This document shows, in pieces, positions 18,481 through 27,986 of a stretch of DNA of 64,000 nt. Both the position numbers and the translations under genes were made by a program. Each line of letters opens with the position of its first letter. Positions within the stretch are counted from its first letter, which is position 1. The DNA is from Candidatus Niyogibacteria bacterium. Its GTDB lineage: Bacteria > Patescibacteriota > Minisyncoccia > HO2-45-28. Location of the stretch: contig JACOYI010000002.1 of the NCBI GenBank assembly GCA_016181935.1, positions 63,961-127,960 of the forward strand. The letters run 5' to 3'. The notes under the pieces are model-generated. The model made no database searches. It was not told the DNA's origin and saw only the letters and a list, made by a program, of their open reading frames with translations.

Positions 18481-19554
18481 ATGCCGGACGCAAAAGAAAC
18501 CATCAAGGAATTCATTGCGGCGGGAAAACGATTTTTCATCGGGTCCGATCCCTCATTTGATGAAGCCGCGCTCTTTGCGTCATGCGCTCTTAAAAAAATC
18601 CTTGAGTCCGCCGGCAAAGAGGTTTTTTTCTGGCCGCCCGTTTCCGAAGCCCTTGCGGAGCGTTATGCGCCGCTCATCACCGCGAATCCCAATCCCGCGA
18701 TCCCGCGCAAAATAAAGATCAAGATCCCCAAATCCGTCTCTCTCGAGGAAATGCGTTACGACGACGAGCCCGATGCGGTTTCCATCGTCATCTCGCCCAA
18801 AACCCACCTCGATATCAAAGACCTCCTGATCGAACGCGTGCCCTACGAAATGGATGCGGCATTTTGCTTTTTCGATGACGAGGCGCGATTCGAAAAAATG
18901 GAGGCGCCGATCCTGCGCCCGCCCCGCGAAAAAACCATTTATCTCGTGCGTAATGTGCGCACGCTCGCGGAAAAAATTTCAGATATCGCGCAAAGCGTGG
19001 GCGTCTCCATCGCCGATCCGGATACCGCGACCCTTCTTTTTGTCTCGCTTCTTGCCGAAACCGATCATCTTCGCGCCGCCGAAAACGCAGCGGCATTTCA
19101 TTTGGCCGGCCGCCTGCTCGAAAGCGGCGCGCGCGCAACCGATGCACGACGACTGTTCGAGCGGGTACTCACGCTCCCCCAGCTGCAGCTCGCGGGCCGC
19201 GCGCTTGCGCGCACCACCGTCGACCTGCCGCTCAATGCAAGCTGGACATTTTTGGCGGGCCGCGATTTTGAAAAAACGGCTCTCACGCCGTCGCCGGAGA
19301 TATTTCGGATCCTTTTTAAACACGTTGCGTCCACCATCGGCCGGCAACCGCTTTTTATTTTTTGCTATGAGCATCACGGAATCCGGACGCTCTTTGCCGG
19401 AGATGCTAAGGCGCTTCGCCGGACAGCGGAACGGCTCAGCGTTCCCGTATCCGGACAATTTTTAACCGGACCTGTTTTTTCGACATTTTCCGAAGCCGAA
19501 ACCGCGATTCGCCGATTGTTAAAAGAGTCGGGCGACGTTAAAATGCAGTCATAG
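18481..19554 (+). CDS. Degenerate DHH-phosphoesterase-like protein
   Basis: DPDTATLL..SLLAETDHL, L.LAGRALAR; no intact DHH motif. Confidence 0.6.
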   Translation: MPDAKETIKEFIAAGKRFFIGSDPSFDEAALFASCALKKILESAGKEVFFWPPVSEALAERYAPLITANPNPAIPRKIKIKIPKSVSLEEMRYDDEPDAVSIVISPKTHLDIKDLLIERVPYEMDAAFCFFDDEARFEKMEAPILRPPREKTIYLVRNVRTLAEKISDIAQSVGVSIADPDTATLLFVSLLAETDHLRAAENAAAFHLAGRLLESGARATDARRLFERVLTLPQLQLAGRALARTTVDLPLNASWTFLAGRDFEKTALTPSPEIFRILFKHVASTIGRQPLFIFCYEHHGIRTLFAGDAKALRRTAERLSVPVSGQFLTGPVFSTFSEAETAIRRLLKESGDVKMQS

Positions 19555-19724
19555 TCCATGCGGGTTATGAAATCTATTTTAGAAACCCCGCAGGCGCTTT
19601 GCATGGTGTTTTTTGGCTATCATGTACGCGAAGCGAGCCAAAAAACAAAGCGCCAAGGACGGAGTCAGAACATCGCTGGATGTTCTGATGTGTTCTAAAA
19701 TAGATTTCATAACCCGCATTAATC

Positions 19725-21398
19725 GTGGCGAAAAATAACGACATCGAAAAAAAGCTCGAAGAATTTCGCGCCAAAGAGGCGGAGGATTTCGCCGAACTCA
19801 TGGCGCAGAAATACGGCGTTCCGTATCTCGACCTGTCGCGCACCACGATCGACCTCGACGCCTTAAAACTCGTGAGCCAGCCGGATGCCGAAGCCGGCAA
19901 AATGGCGGTCTTTCAAAAAACCGCGCGTCGGCTGCGCGTCGGCGCTTTCAATCCGACGCTCCCGAAAGCCAAAGAGATCCTTGAGAGCCTTGAACGCAAG
20001 GGGTATCAACTAGAACTTTCCGTTGTTTCCGAACCGAGCCTGAAACGCGCATGGTCGCGCTACGCCGAAATAGCGGCATTCGAGGAAATGACCGCGGGCA
20101 CGCTCGATATTTCCGCCTCTCGGCTTGAGGAATCCATTGCCAAGATCAAAGCCATCGCGGATTTTCAAGAACTGATACTCCCGTTTACGGGAGCGTCCAA
20201 GATCAAGAACGTGAGCGAGGTGCTGGAGTTCATTCTTGCGGGCGCATTGGCGCTGGACGCGTCGGATGTTCACCTGGAACCGCAGGAAAAAGCGGTTGCC
20301 ATGCGATTTCGTCTGGACGGCGTCCTTTCCGAGGTCGCCACATTCACTGCCGCGGCCTATGCGCTCCTGTTATCGCGCGTCAAATTGACGGCGGGGATGA
20401 AGCTCAACGTGAAAGACCGCGCGCAGGACGGCCGTTTTACGATCCGCACGACGCAAACGGAGATCGAGGTTCGCGTCTCATCGCTCCCCGGCCCGTACGG
20501 CGAGACCATCGTGATGCGCGTGTTGAATCCGAAAACCATCGCGCTGACGCTCGAGGATCTCGGACTGCATCCCGAACTCCAAAAAATCGTTAAAAAAGAA
20601 TTGAAAAAGCCGAACGGCATGATCCTGACCACCGGTCCCACGGGTTCGGGAAAAACCACGACGCTCTACGCGTTCGTCAAAGCCGTGAACGAACCGGGCG
20701 TCAAGATCATCACCATCGAGGACCCCATCGAATATCACATCCCGGGCATCAGCCAAACGCAGGTGGACGCATCCAAAGGATATACGTTCGCGAACGGCCT
20801 GCGCAGTATCTTGCGCCAAGACCCCGACACGATCTTGGTGGGCGAGATCCGAGACCTCGAAACCGCCGAGATCGCGATGCATGCGGCGCTGACCGGCCAT
20901 TTGGTATTTTCGACGCTCCACACCAACAGTGCGGCGGGCACCATCCCGCGGCTCATTGACCTTAAGGCCGATCCCGCGATCATCGCGCCCGCCATCAATA
21001 TCGCGATGGCCCAGCGCCTCGTGCGCAGACTTTGTCCGCATTGCAAAAAAGAAACTGCGCCGACAGCAGACGAAAAAAAACTGATCGAGGATGCGCTCAA
21101 AAAAATGCCGTCCAAATACAAAAAAGACGTGAAAACCAAAGATCTTCGCGTTTGGAAAGCCGGAGGATGCCCAAAATGCAGCACATTGGGCTACAAGGGC
21201 CGGATCGGCATCTATGAGGCGTTTTTGGTGGACGACGCGGTGGAACGGCTGATTCTGAAAAAGCCGGCGGAAGGCGACCTGCGCGAAGCCATGGAACGCC
21301 AAGAAATGATGACCATGATGCAGGACGGCATTCTGAAGGCGCTTGATGGATTGACTTCGATGGATGAGCTGATCCGCGTGGCCGGTTTACCCACCTAA
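19725..21398 (+). CDS. Type IV pilus/type II secretion ATPase (PilB/GspE family)
   Basis: ASDVHLEP, QDGRF, GPTGSGKTTT, LRQDPD, TGHLVFSTLH, two CxxC pairs. Confidence 0.95.
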   Translation: MAKNNDIEKKLEEFRAKEAEDFAELMAQKYGVPYLDLSRTTIDLDALKLVSQPDAEAGKMAVFQKTARRLRVGAFNPTLPKAKEILESLERKGYQLELSVVSEPSLKRAWSRYAEIAAFEEMTAGTLDISASRLEESIAKIKAIADFQELILPFTGASKIKNVSEVLEFILAGALALDASDVHLEPQEKAVAMRFRLDGVLSEVATFTAAAYALLLSRVKLTAGMKLNVKDRAQDGRFTIRTTQTEIEVRVSSLPGPYGETIVMRVLNPKTIALTLEDLGLHPELQKIVKKELKKPNGMILTTGPTGSGKTTTLYAFVKAVNEPGVKIITIEDPIEYHIPGISQTQVDASKGYTFANGLRSILRQDPDTILVGEIRDLETAEIAMHAALTGHLVFSTLHTNSAAGTIPRLIDLKADPAIIAPAINIAMAQRLVRRLCPHCKKETAPTADEKKLIEDALKKMPSKYKKDVKTKDLRVWKAGGCPKCSTLGYKGRIGIYEAFLVDDAVERLILKKPAEGDLREAMERQEMMTMMQDGILKALDGLTSMDELIRVAGLPT

Positions 21399-21420
21399 AT
21401 TTTGGCGGGCGGGGAGATTT

Positions 21421-21496
21421 AAGCTGGAGAGCTGGAGACTGGATTGCTGGAGGCTGGATTTCCCAGATTCCGGCTCTCTAGTCTCTAGAGCTCCAA
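21421..21496. repeat. Short degenerate tandem repeats (gctggaga / tctctag)
   Basis: Visible 7-8 nt units; related tract at 26445-26487. Confidence 0.6.
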
Positions 21497-21500
21497 GATT

Positions 21501-21671
21501 AAACGTCTTGCTGTCTCTAGGCAATTGCTTGCGGCATGGGAACCGCAAGAATAAGACGTTCCTTTAGCAACGGCTGCGTTTGGTCCTCAACAGGGAAGGA
21601 ACCCAACCGCCCTGAAAGAACGTCCCGATGAGAATAAATTCCCTTAATTGCCTAGAGACAAAAAGACGTTT
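21501..21671 (-). ncRNA. 6S RNA-like long hairpin
   Basis: Closing stems aaacgtctt/aagacgttt and the 15-bp tgtctctaggcaatt/aattgcctagagaca, central bubble, inner stem gacgttc/gaacgtc; consensus promoter upstream on - strand. Confidence 0.6.
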
Positions 21672-21720
21672 ACCCGTCCGTAGTTTCGCGAAGTAAAACG
21701 AAGGAGGGTTTCCGTGCCAG

Positions 21721-21749
21721 ATAATAGCAAAATAATGTTCGCCTGTCAA
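21721..21749 (-). promoter_or_regulatory. Sigma70-type promoter
   Basis: TTGACA-17 nt-TATTAT with extended TG; no ORF downstream. Confidence 0.75.
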
Positions 21750-21795
21750 GCGCGCGTGAAAGCAAGTTCCGATACTCATTTAGTGTAAAAAATCT

Positions 21796-21825
21796 AGCCC
21801 CATTCCGATCTTTCGGAATGGGGCT
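21796..21825 (-). terminator. 13-bp perfect hairpin (terminator or DGR cis-hairpin)
   Basis: agccccattccga-tctt-tcggaatggggct, 5 nt past the stop of the VR-like fragment. Confidence 0.7.
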
Positions 21826-21830
21826 CAGAA

Positions 21831-21970
21831 CTATTGGGGCGACACGGCAAACGCGAACCCGCAGCCGCGAGTCCACCTGTTGCCAGGCTCGTCGCTGCAC
21901 GCGCTGAGCCAGCGACCATCGGCGCTACGGTCCGCGTAGAGCAAGCGCGGATCGCCGACGCTCCGGCCGT
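21831..21970 (-). pseudogene. Orphan DGR variable-repeat-like 3' gene fragment
   Basis: GDPRLLYADRSADGRWLSACSDEPGNRWTRGCGFAFAVSPQ*; NNC codons at presumed variable positions. Confidence 0.62.
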
Positions 21971-22062
21971 CTTGACGAATTCTAGAAAAAGTTGTAATTT
22001 CTACGAAGATTGACGGCGCTAAATAGCGCATCAGCGGCCGAGCAACCAAAGGAGACCAGAAT

Positions 22063-23247
22063 ATGCTTTTGCGGTTCTTTAAAAATTTATGGGGACGCAA
22101 ATCACCGAATCGCTTTCTGTCTACCCCTGCCAAGTCCGATGATCTGGAACAATGGATCCGAAAAGCGCTTCCAACGGCTCATCCGAACCGAAGGGATATT
22201 TTTCGGGCGTTAACTTCATGTATGCTTTGGCGCATCGGAAACCAAATCCGCGGACGGCCAACACCTCCTTGGGTGGTGTTATTGGGAAACACCCTTCTTG
22301 GATGGTTCCTCGCTTTTAGCCTAGTAGGATTTTTTGATGCGGTATTTGGTCTCATTGGTGGTTTCGTTTGTGGTCTTATAACACTCATACCCCTTGATCG
22401 ATATACGTACTGCTACGGAAAAAAAACTGGGGTGGAACGACACGCGGTTTTTTGCGATTTCCTCCTGAAAAGTTTCTTGATTGCGATCACCGGTTTTTGG
22501 TTTGGATGGCCGCTTATCTGGCCACTTATCTTTCCGCTTCTTTTTGCAGTAGGGTGGTGGATTACAGAAACAACGGTTGCTCACATTAGACAATCGCGCA
22601 AAACGCCTGCGAACACTGAAGGCTTTTCACCAAGCAACCAAAAAAGTCGGCTTATTCTCTATTTTCAAACCCTCATCGAATCTCACCGGGGGCGGATTTT
22701 AGGAGATCAATCGGAATTCAATCGGCTGCGGGTACGGCTGGAACAACTTCGGGAACAGACAAAAACAGAGCGGGAAATACAGGAAAACAAACATCACGCC
22801 GAAAATCCTATAACAATCGACCGGTTGCGCCTTCTGGATGAAATTGAAGAGGATTTGAAAGGCGCGCTTGCGTCGCTCGCCCAGCAAAAAGAATATGTCT
22901 TGAACTTTTTCCGCACATGCGAGGCCCAGCTCGCGCGGATTGATATGAGTATGAATGAGTTCCTTGCCGACCAACGACTGCAAAAGCTCTCGCGGGAAGC
23001 GGAAGAGTTGACACGGAAAACCCGATCGCTTGCGCTTTCTATTGCCGCCTCATTCATGGAAGACGCGGCGCATCTGCAATCCGCGCTCGAGCGTCTCCAC
23101 GAGAAAATTGTGTTTTCCGTGCCGTATGAAATTGAGGATGTCCCGGCGATCGCGACCGAAATTGCGAATTTTGAACTCGAGAATATTGCCGCATTGCAAG
23201 AGCTCGAGCAGGGACTCGTGCGGGAAGCGATTCCGGCACTAAACTAA
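22063..23247 (+). CDS. Membrane protein (4 TM) with long C-terminal coiled coil
   Basis: TTGACG-17-TAATTT, AAGGAG SD, terminator at ~23258-23292. Confidence 0.8.
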   Translation: MLLRFFKNLWGRKSPNRFLSTPAKSDDLEQWIRKALPTAHPNRRDIFRALTSCMLWRIGNQIRGRPTPPWVVLLGNTLLGWFLAFSLVGFFDAVFGLIGGFVCGLITLIPLDRYTYCYGKKTGVERHAVFCDFLLKSFLIAITGFWFGWPLIWPLIFPLLFAVGWWITETTVAHIRQSRKTPANTEGFSPSNQKSRLILYFQTLIESHRGRILGDQSEFNRLRVRLEQLREQTKTEREIQENKHHAENPITIDRLRLLDEIEEDLKGALASLAQQKEYVLNFFRTCEAQLARIDMSMNEFLADQRLQKLSREAEELTRKTRSLALSIAASFMEDAAHLQSALERLHEKIVFSVPYEIEDVPAIATEIANFELENIAALQELEQGLVREAIPALN

Positions 23248-23340
23248 CCATCGAACCAATACCAACTCAACAAATATGGGTTGGTGTTTTTTATGCGCCC
23301 GGAAATTGCCAAGCCCAAACCCATATGAAAAGATAACCCC

Positions 23341-24348
23341 ATGGATGCAACTGTGCGCAAACAAAAGAGTGACGATAAAAACCTGGAACTCACGCTCCGA
23401 CCCTCCGTGTGGGGCGAATATATCGGGCAGGAAGCCATCAAAAAGAATCTCTCGATCCTCATTCAGGCGGCCCAAGAGCGCAAGGACCCTCTGGAGCATA
23501 TTCTCTTGCATGGTCCGGCGGGCCTCGGTAAGACCACGCTCGCGTATCTGGTCGCCAAAGAGATGAGCGCGAACATCAAGATAACATCGGGCCCCGCCAT
23601 CGAGCGCGTCGGCGACCTCGCGTCGCTACTGACAAATCTTGCTTCGGGCGACGTCCTCTTCATCGACGAGATCCACCGGCTGAATAAAACCATCGAAGAG
23701 GTGCTCTACCCCGCTATGGAATCGCGCTCGCTCGATATCATCATCGGCAAGGGGCCGGGTGCGCGTTCGATCCAACTCGAACTCCCGCCATTCACGCTCG
23801 TTGCCGCCACGACCCGTATCGCGCTTCTGTCGAGTCCCTTGCGCAGCCGGTTTTCCGGCGGCACATTCAAGCTCGAATATTATACAATAGAGGAGATCGA
23901 AAAGATCCTCAGGCGTTCCGCCGCCATTTTGGGATTCGCGATAACGCCCGACGCGCTCCGCATGACCGCGTCGAGGGCGCGCTTTACGCCGCGCATCGCC
24001 AACCGCCTGCTCAAACGCGCGCGCGATTACGCCCAAGTGCACAAACAAGACACGATCGACGAGAATGTGGCGGAAAAAACATTGGAATTATTGGGTGTCG
24101 ATCATGAGGGGTTGGAAGAGGTTGACCGGCAGATCCTGAACGTACTGATCACCAAATTCGGAGGAGGGCCGGTCGGGTTGAATACGCTTGCGGCTGCGGC
24201 ATCCGAAGATATCCAAACCATCGAGGATGTGTATGAGCCCTATCTTCTGCGTCTCGGTTTTTTGGAGCGTACGCCGCGGGGGCGCGTAGCGACGCCGCGG
24301 GCATGGCAGCACTTCGGGAAAACCCCGCCGCAAATAAAACTTTTGTAA
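23341..24348 (+). CDS. ruvB: Holliday junction DNA helicase RuvB
   Basis: LRP, GPAGLGKTTLA, FIDEIHRL, TPRIANRLL, RTPRGR. Confidence 0.98.
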   Translation: MDATVRKQKSDDKNLELTLRPSVWGEYIGQEAIKKNLSILIQAAQERKDPLEHILLHGPAGLGKTTLAYLVAKEMSANIKITSGPAIERVGDLASLLTNLASGDVLFIDEIHRLNKTIEEVLYPAMESRSLDIIIGKGPGARSIQLELPPFTLVAATTRIALLSSPLRSRFSGGTFKLEYYTIEEIEKILRRSAAILGFAITPDALRMTASRARFTPRIANRLLKRARDYAQVHKQDTIDENVAEKTLELLGVDHEGLEEVDRQILNVLITKFGGGPVGLNTLAAAASEDIQTIEDVYEPYLLRLGFLERTPRGRVATPRAWQHFGKTPPQIKLL

Positions 24349-24375
24349 TACTAATCAACGTCCGTCAAAAAAATC

Positions 24376-24618
24376 ATGATCGCACTCCCGTTTCTTTTTC
24401 ACTTCGTATTTCTCAGCGTTTATGCGCTTCTGGTCTTCGCACTCTTGTGGCACTACCGCCGTTACAGTCTGCTGCACGATCCCGCGCGCTTCGTGATCGG
24501 GCCGTTCCTTTTCTTCTCTGTGATTTTTGCGCTCGGCGCATCGGCTCTTCTTTTCTATGCGCCGTGGGACGCGCTGGTGTCCGGTGCGCTGTTACAGCTA
24601 TCGGTTCCCTCGTATTGA
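24376..24618 (+). CDS. Small two-TM membrane protein
   Basis: Two hydrophobic segments around WHYRRYS; operon position. Confidence 0.65.
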   Translation: MIALPFLFHFVFLSVYALLVFALLWHYRRYSLLHDPARFVIGPFLFFSVIFALGASALLFYAPWDALVSGALLQLSVPSY

Positions 24619-24622
24619 TCGT

Positions 24623-25123
24623 ATGATCACGCTTCACGCCGACGAACGGGTCTTATGCGCTGTCCACCGTCATTGGATCGTGGTCGCGCAAAAAATGACC
24701 ATGGTGGTGTTTTTGCTTCTGGGTGCGCTTATATTTTTTTTGCTCCTGCCGTCCTTCAGCATTGGCCCCTCGCTTCTCCCCTTCATTTTTTATCTTTTCT
24801 TGATTTATCTTCTCATCGTCCTGCTCGTTGCCTTTGTTTTGTGGATGGACTACTATCTCGATGTTTGGATCGTGACAACGGAACGCGTCATCGACGTCGA
24901 ACAAATCGGCATGTTCCGCCGCGAAGCGTCTGAATTTCCGCTTTCAAACATTCAGGATGTCACGGTGGAAATCCCGGGGTTCATTGCAACGCTGTTACAT
25001 TACGGGACAATCCGGATCCAGACGGCAGGCAACCAGAGTTTTGTGGCGCATGAGATCCCGGATGTCGATCGCGTGAAAAACATCATTTTGGAGGAGGCGC
25101 GTAAACATCGAACTTTAAAATAA
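24623..25123 (+). CDS. Membrane-flanked bacterial PH (bPH_2) domain protein
   Basis: DVWIVTTERVIDVEQ.G.F.R, IQDVTV, YGTIRIQTAG. Confidence 0.85.
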   Translation: MITLHADERVLCAVHRHWIVVAQKMTMVVFLLLGALIFFLLLPSFSIGPSLLPFIFYLFLIYLLIVLLVAFVLWMDYYLDVWIVTTERVIDVEQIGMFRREASEFPLSNIQDVTVEIPGFIATLLHYGTIRIQTAGNQSFVAHEIPDVDRVKNIILEEARKHRTLK

Positions 25124-25288
25124 TGTTGCTGCGATTGATTCTCGACACGCTCACCCCGCCCCGCGAGCAGGATTCGCTCTATCCTCGGCTCGCTCGTTTC
25201 GTTTAGCGCTTCGCGCAATTATAAACGAAACGCCGTGCCCGCTCGCCTGTGGACGGTCTCGAATTCAATCGCAGCAACATCATTTTAA
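25115..25288. mobile_element. MITE-like inverted-repeat element
   Basis: 16-bp perfect IR atgttgctgcgattga (25123-25138) / 25265-25280, extendable to 24 bp with one mismatch. Confidence 0.65.
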
Positions 25289-25439
25289 GCGAAACGCGAA
25301 AATTAAAATAATAATCGCGAGCGGCGCCGAATTTGCTTCGCGCCGCGAGCACTAATGGATGGGGAGGCAGCGAGCGAAGCGAGCGTCGGAAGGGGAAACC
25401 CTTAAAGGCGCGAAGCGCGAGGGTTTCCCCTCCGAGATT

Positions 25440-25976
25440 ATGGCCGGACACTCCAAATGGGCGCAGATCAAACGCCAAAAGGCGGTGACGGACGCCCAAA
25501 AATCCAAAGAATTCGCAAAACTCCTCCGTAAAATAACGGTGGCGGTAAAAGAGGCGGGTAAAGATCCGAACGCGAACCGAGCGCTCTCCTCTGCGGTCGA
25601 AAAAGCGCGCGATGCGAATGTCCCCTCGTCCAACATCGAGCGCGCGATCGAGCGCGCTGGGGGTGCGGGCGCTCATACGTTGGAAAATGTTTTGTTTGAG
25701 GCCTACGGCCCCGCAGGGGCGGCGCTCCTCATCGAGGGCGTGACTGATAGTAAAAACAGGACGTCACAGGAGGTAAAACACATTCTTGCGGAGCATGGCG
25801 GGAAACTCGCCTCTCCGGGTTCGGCGCGTTTTCTTTTTCAAAAGACCGCGCGGGGCTGGGAACCGGTGACCCCGCTTCCGGTCGACGATGGAACAAAAGA
25901 AACGCTTACGAAGCTTTTTGAAGCGCTCGACGCGCATGATGACATCACCGACATCTATACGAATGCCGACCTCTGA
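25440..25976 (+). CDS. yebC: YebC/PmpR family protein (short form)
   Basis: MAGHSKWAQIKRQK, EAYGPAG, TDSKNRT. Confidence 0.93.
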   Translation: MAGHSKWAQIKRQKAVTDAQKSKEFAKLLRKITVAVKEAGKDPNANRALSSAVEKARDANVPSSNIERAIERAGGAGAHTLENVLFEAYGPAGAALLIEGVTDSKNRTSQEVKHILAEHGGKLASPGSARFLFQKTARGWEPVTPLPVDDGTKETLTKLFEALDAHDDITDIYTNADL

Positions 25977-26445
25977 ACCGTTCCGGATGCTGGGCATCGA
26001 TCCGGGATACGGCCGTATGGGTTTTGCGGTGCTTGAACGCAGCAATAAAAAAGAAACGCTCATCGAGGCAGGCTGCATCGAAACCTCCGCGGCGTCGCCC
26101 CATGATGAACGCCTCGAGATCATCGGCGATTCTTTGAAAAAACTCATCTCCAAACACCGGCCGCACGGATTCGCCATTGAAAAACTTTTTTTAAGCGCGA
26201 ATCAAAAAACCGCGATGCGCGTCGCCGAAACCCGCGGCGTGGCGTTGTATCTCGCGTCAGGACTCCCGATCTATGAATTTTCGCCGCCGGAGATCAAATT
26301 GGCGGTTTGCGGCTACGGCAAGGCGGACAAAAAACAAGTCGAGGCCATGGTGCGCCTGATCTTTAAGCCCACCGGACCCTTGCTCGATGACGCAATGGAT
26401 GCGATCGCTGTTGCATTTACCGCATTAGGACGGATTTCGCATTAG
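25963..26445 (+). CDS. ruvC: Crossover junction endodeoxyribonuclease RuvC
   Basis: LGIDPG, AIEKLF, GYGKADKKQV, DDAMDAIAVA. Confidence 0.96.
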   Translation: MPTSEPFRMLGIDPGYGRMGFAVLERSNKKETLIEAGCIETSAASPHDERLEIIGDSLKKLISKHRPHGFAIEKLFLSANQKTAMRVAETRGVALYLASGLPIYEFSPPEIKLAVCGYGKADKKQVEAMVRLIFKPTGPLLDDAMDAIAVAFTALGRISH

Positions 26446-26568
26446 TCCAAACCTCCAGTCTCTAGCCTCTAGTTTCCAGTCTCTAGAAGTTATCCACACC
26501 GGCCTTTACAAAAATTATCGTTCGGGTATGAAAGAGAGAGGTCGCCCGCTTATCACTAACTTTTTAGT

Positions 26569-26706
26569 ATGACGTACGAAGAAGTCAACTTCACTGCCCG
26601 CCCCGGAGAAACGGGCGACGGCGAAGAGGAGCTGGAAGGGGGAAGCGAGGGGTACGAATCGGGGGATCCTTTTACCGAAGAAGACGCGGACGAAGCTAAG
26701 TATTAA
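26569..26706 (+). CDS. 45-aa highly acidic small protein (not in ORF track)
   Basis: MTYEEVNFTARPGETGDGEEELEGGSEGYESGDPFTEEDADEAKY; promoter-like sequence upstream, hairpin downstream. Confidence 0.55.
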   Translation: MTYEEVNFTARPGETGDGEEELEGGSEGYESGDPFTEEDADEAKY

Positions 26707-26713
26707 ACGAATC

Positions 26714-26742
26714 AACAACCCCGCCGCCGGCGGGGTTGTTTT
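26714..26742. terminator. Terminator hairpin between the small ORF and tyrS
   Basis: aacaaccccgcc-gcc-ggcggggttgtt. Confidence 0.7.
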
Positions 26743-27908
26743 CATTCGAGTTCGAGTTTTGCGAATTTCTTCTTGCCGACAATTAAAATGCCTGATTTAC
26801 GGACGCTAAAATTTGGATCACGAATCGTCTCACCATCAAACTCAACAGCATCTCCCCAAATCAGGCGCCGCGCTTCCATTCTCGATAAAGCAAAATTGAG
26901 ATCCATCATTACATCGATGACCTGCGGGAAACCGGAAATTTTTTTGATAGGCGCGTTTTCAAAATCTCTTTTTGAAAACATTTTTATAAAATTCGCTTTG
27001 GCTTTTTTTGCTTTTGCCTCCCCATGGCATTGTGCAACCACCTCGAACGCGAGACGTAATTTTGCGTCGCGCGGATTCTTTAAAATCTCCGCTTCATATT
27101 CGCCCCGCGGGATATCCGTTAACAACGGGTAATAAAAGTCTTGCATTGCGGCATCCGATATCGACATGATCTTTCCGAACACGTCGTCGGACGCATCCTC
27201 AAGACCGATGAAATTACCGAAGCTCTTGGACATTTTTTTTACGCCATCGGTTCCCACAAGTAATTTAATCGTCATGATATCCTGCTCTTTTTTCCCGAAT
27301 TTCCGTTGGATGCGCCGCCCCGCGAGCAGATTGAACTCTTGGTCCGAGCCCCCAACCTCAATATCCGCGTTGACCGCCACCGAATCATATCCCTGCAATA
27401 CCGGATACAGCGCTTCGAGCAGCGCGATCTCTTGCCCCGCATCCATGCGTTTTTTGAAATCCTGCCGTTCGAGCATTTGCTGAATCGATGCCAGCGACAT
27501 CAATTCCAGTAAAAGCTTGGCCCCGCCTTTTTTCAGCCATTCGCTGTTATGACGGATCTCCGCCTTTTTGATATCAATAAACTTCCCCGCCTGCTTTAGA
27601 TACCGTTTTTCATTCGCCCCCGCCTCTTTTTCCGAGAGCATCTTCCGTGTTTCCGAGCGTCCGGACGGATCGCCGATCTGGGCCGTAAAATCGCCGATGA
27701 TCAAAACAATGATATGCCCCGTATCCTGAAGCTTTTTTAAAATACGAAAAATAGCGGCGTGCCCCAAGTGTAGCTCGGGGGCCGTCGGGTCAATGCCGAA
27801 TTTTATCCTCTGCGGCCCGGAAGTTAAAGCGCGCAACAGATGATTTTTTTCTTCGAGGCGCGCAATAATGCCCCGCTCGCTCCATGATTCAAGAAATCCC
27901 GATTCCAT
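26742..27908 (-). CDS. tyrS: Tyrosine--tRNA ligase
   Basis: GIDPTAPELHLGH, GGSDQ.FN, KMSKS, C-terminal S4-like domain. Confidence 0.97.
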   Translation of the reverse strand: MESGFLESWSERGIIARLEEKNHLLRALTSGPQRIKFGIDPTAPELHLGHAAIFRILKKLQDTGHIIVLIIGDFTAQIGDPSGRSETRKMLSEKEAGANEKRYLKQAGKFIDIKKAEIRHNSEWLKKGGAKLLLELMSLASIQQMLERQDFKKRMDAGQEIALLEALYPVLQGYDSVAVNADIEVGGSDQEFNLLAGRRIQRKFGKKEQDIMTIKLLVGTDGVKKMSKSFGNFIGLEDASDDVFGKIMSISDAAMQDFYYPLLTDIPRGEYEAEILKNPRDAKLRLAFEVVAQCHGEAKAKKAKANFIKMFSKRDFENAPIKKISGFPQVIDVMMDLNFALSRMEARRLIWGDAVEFDGETIRDPNFSVRKSGILIVGKKKFAKLELE

Positions 27909-27986
27909 TGCTTCACCCTATCACGCGCATATCCGCGCTTCAACAAAGCCTTGAAAAAGCGGGGAAATGTGACATTATCAACCCTA

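Noticed and set aside
21831-22133. 100-aa ORF as a complete DGR target gene or a complete DGR locus
   Set aside because: Its 5' half overlaps the promoter and start of the divergent 22063 gene; no RT, Avd or AAC-rich template repeat was seen in the window
6195-26445. ruvA, ruvB and yebC-ruvC being dispersed
   Set aside because: Gene-order shuffling of this kind is ordinary, and all genes are intact
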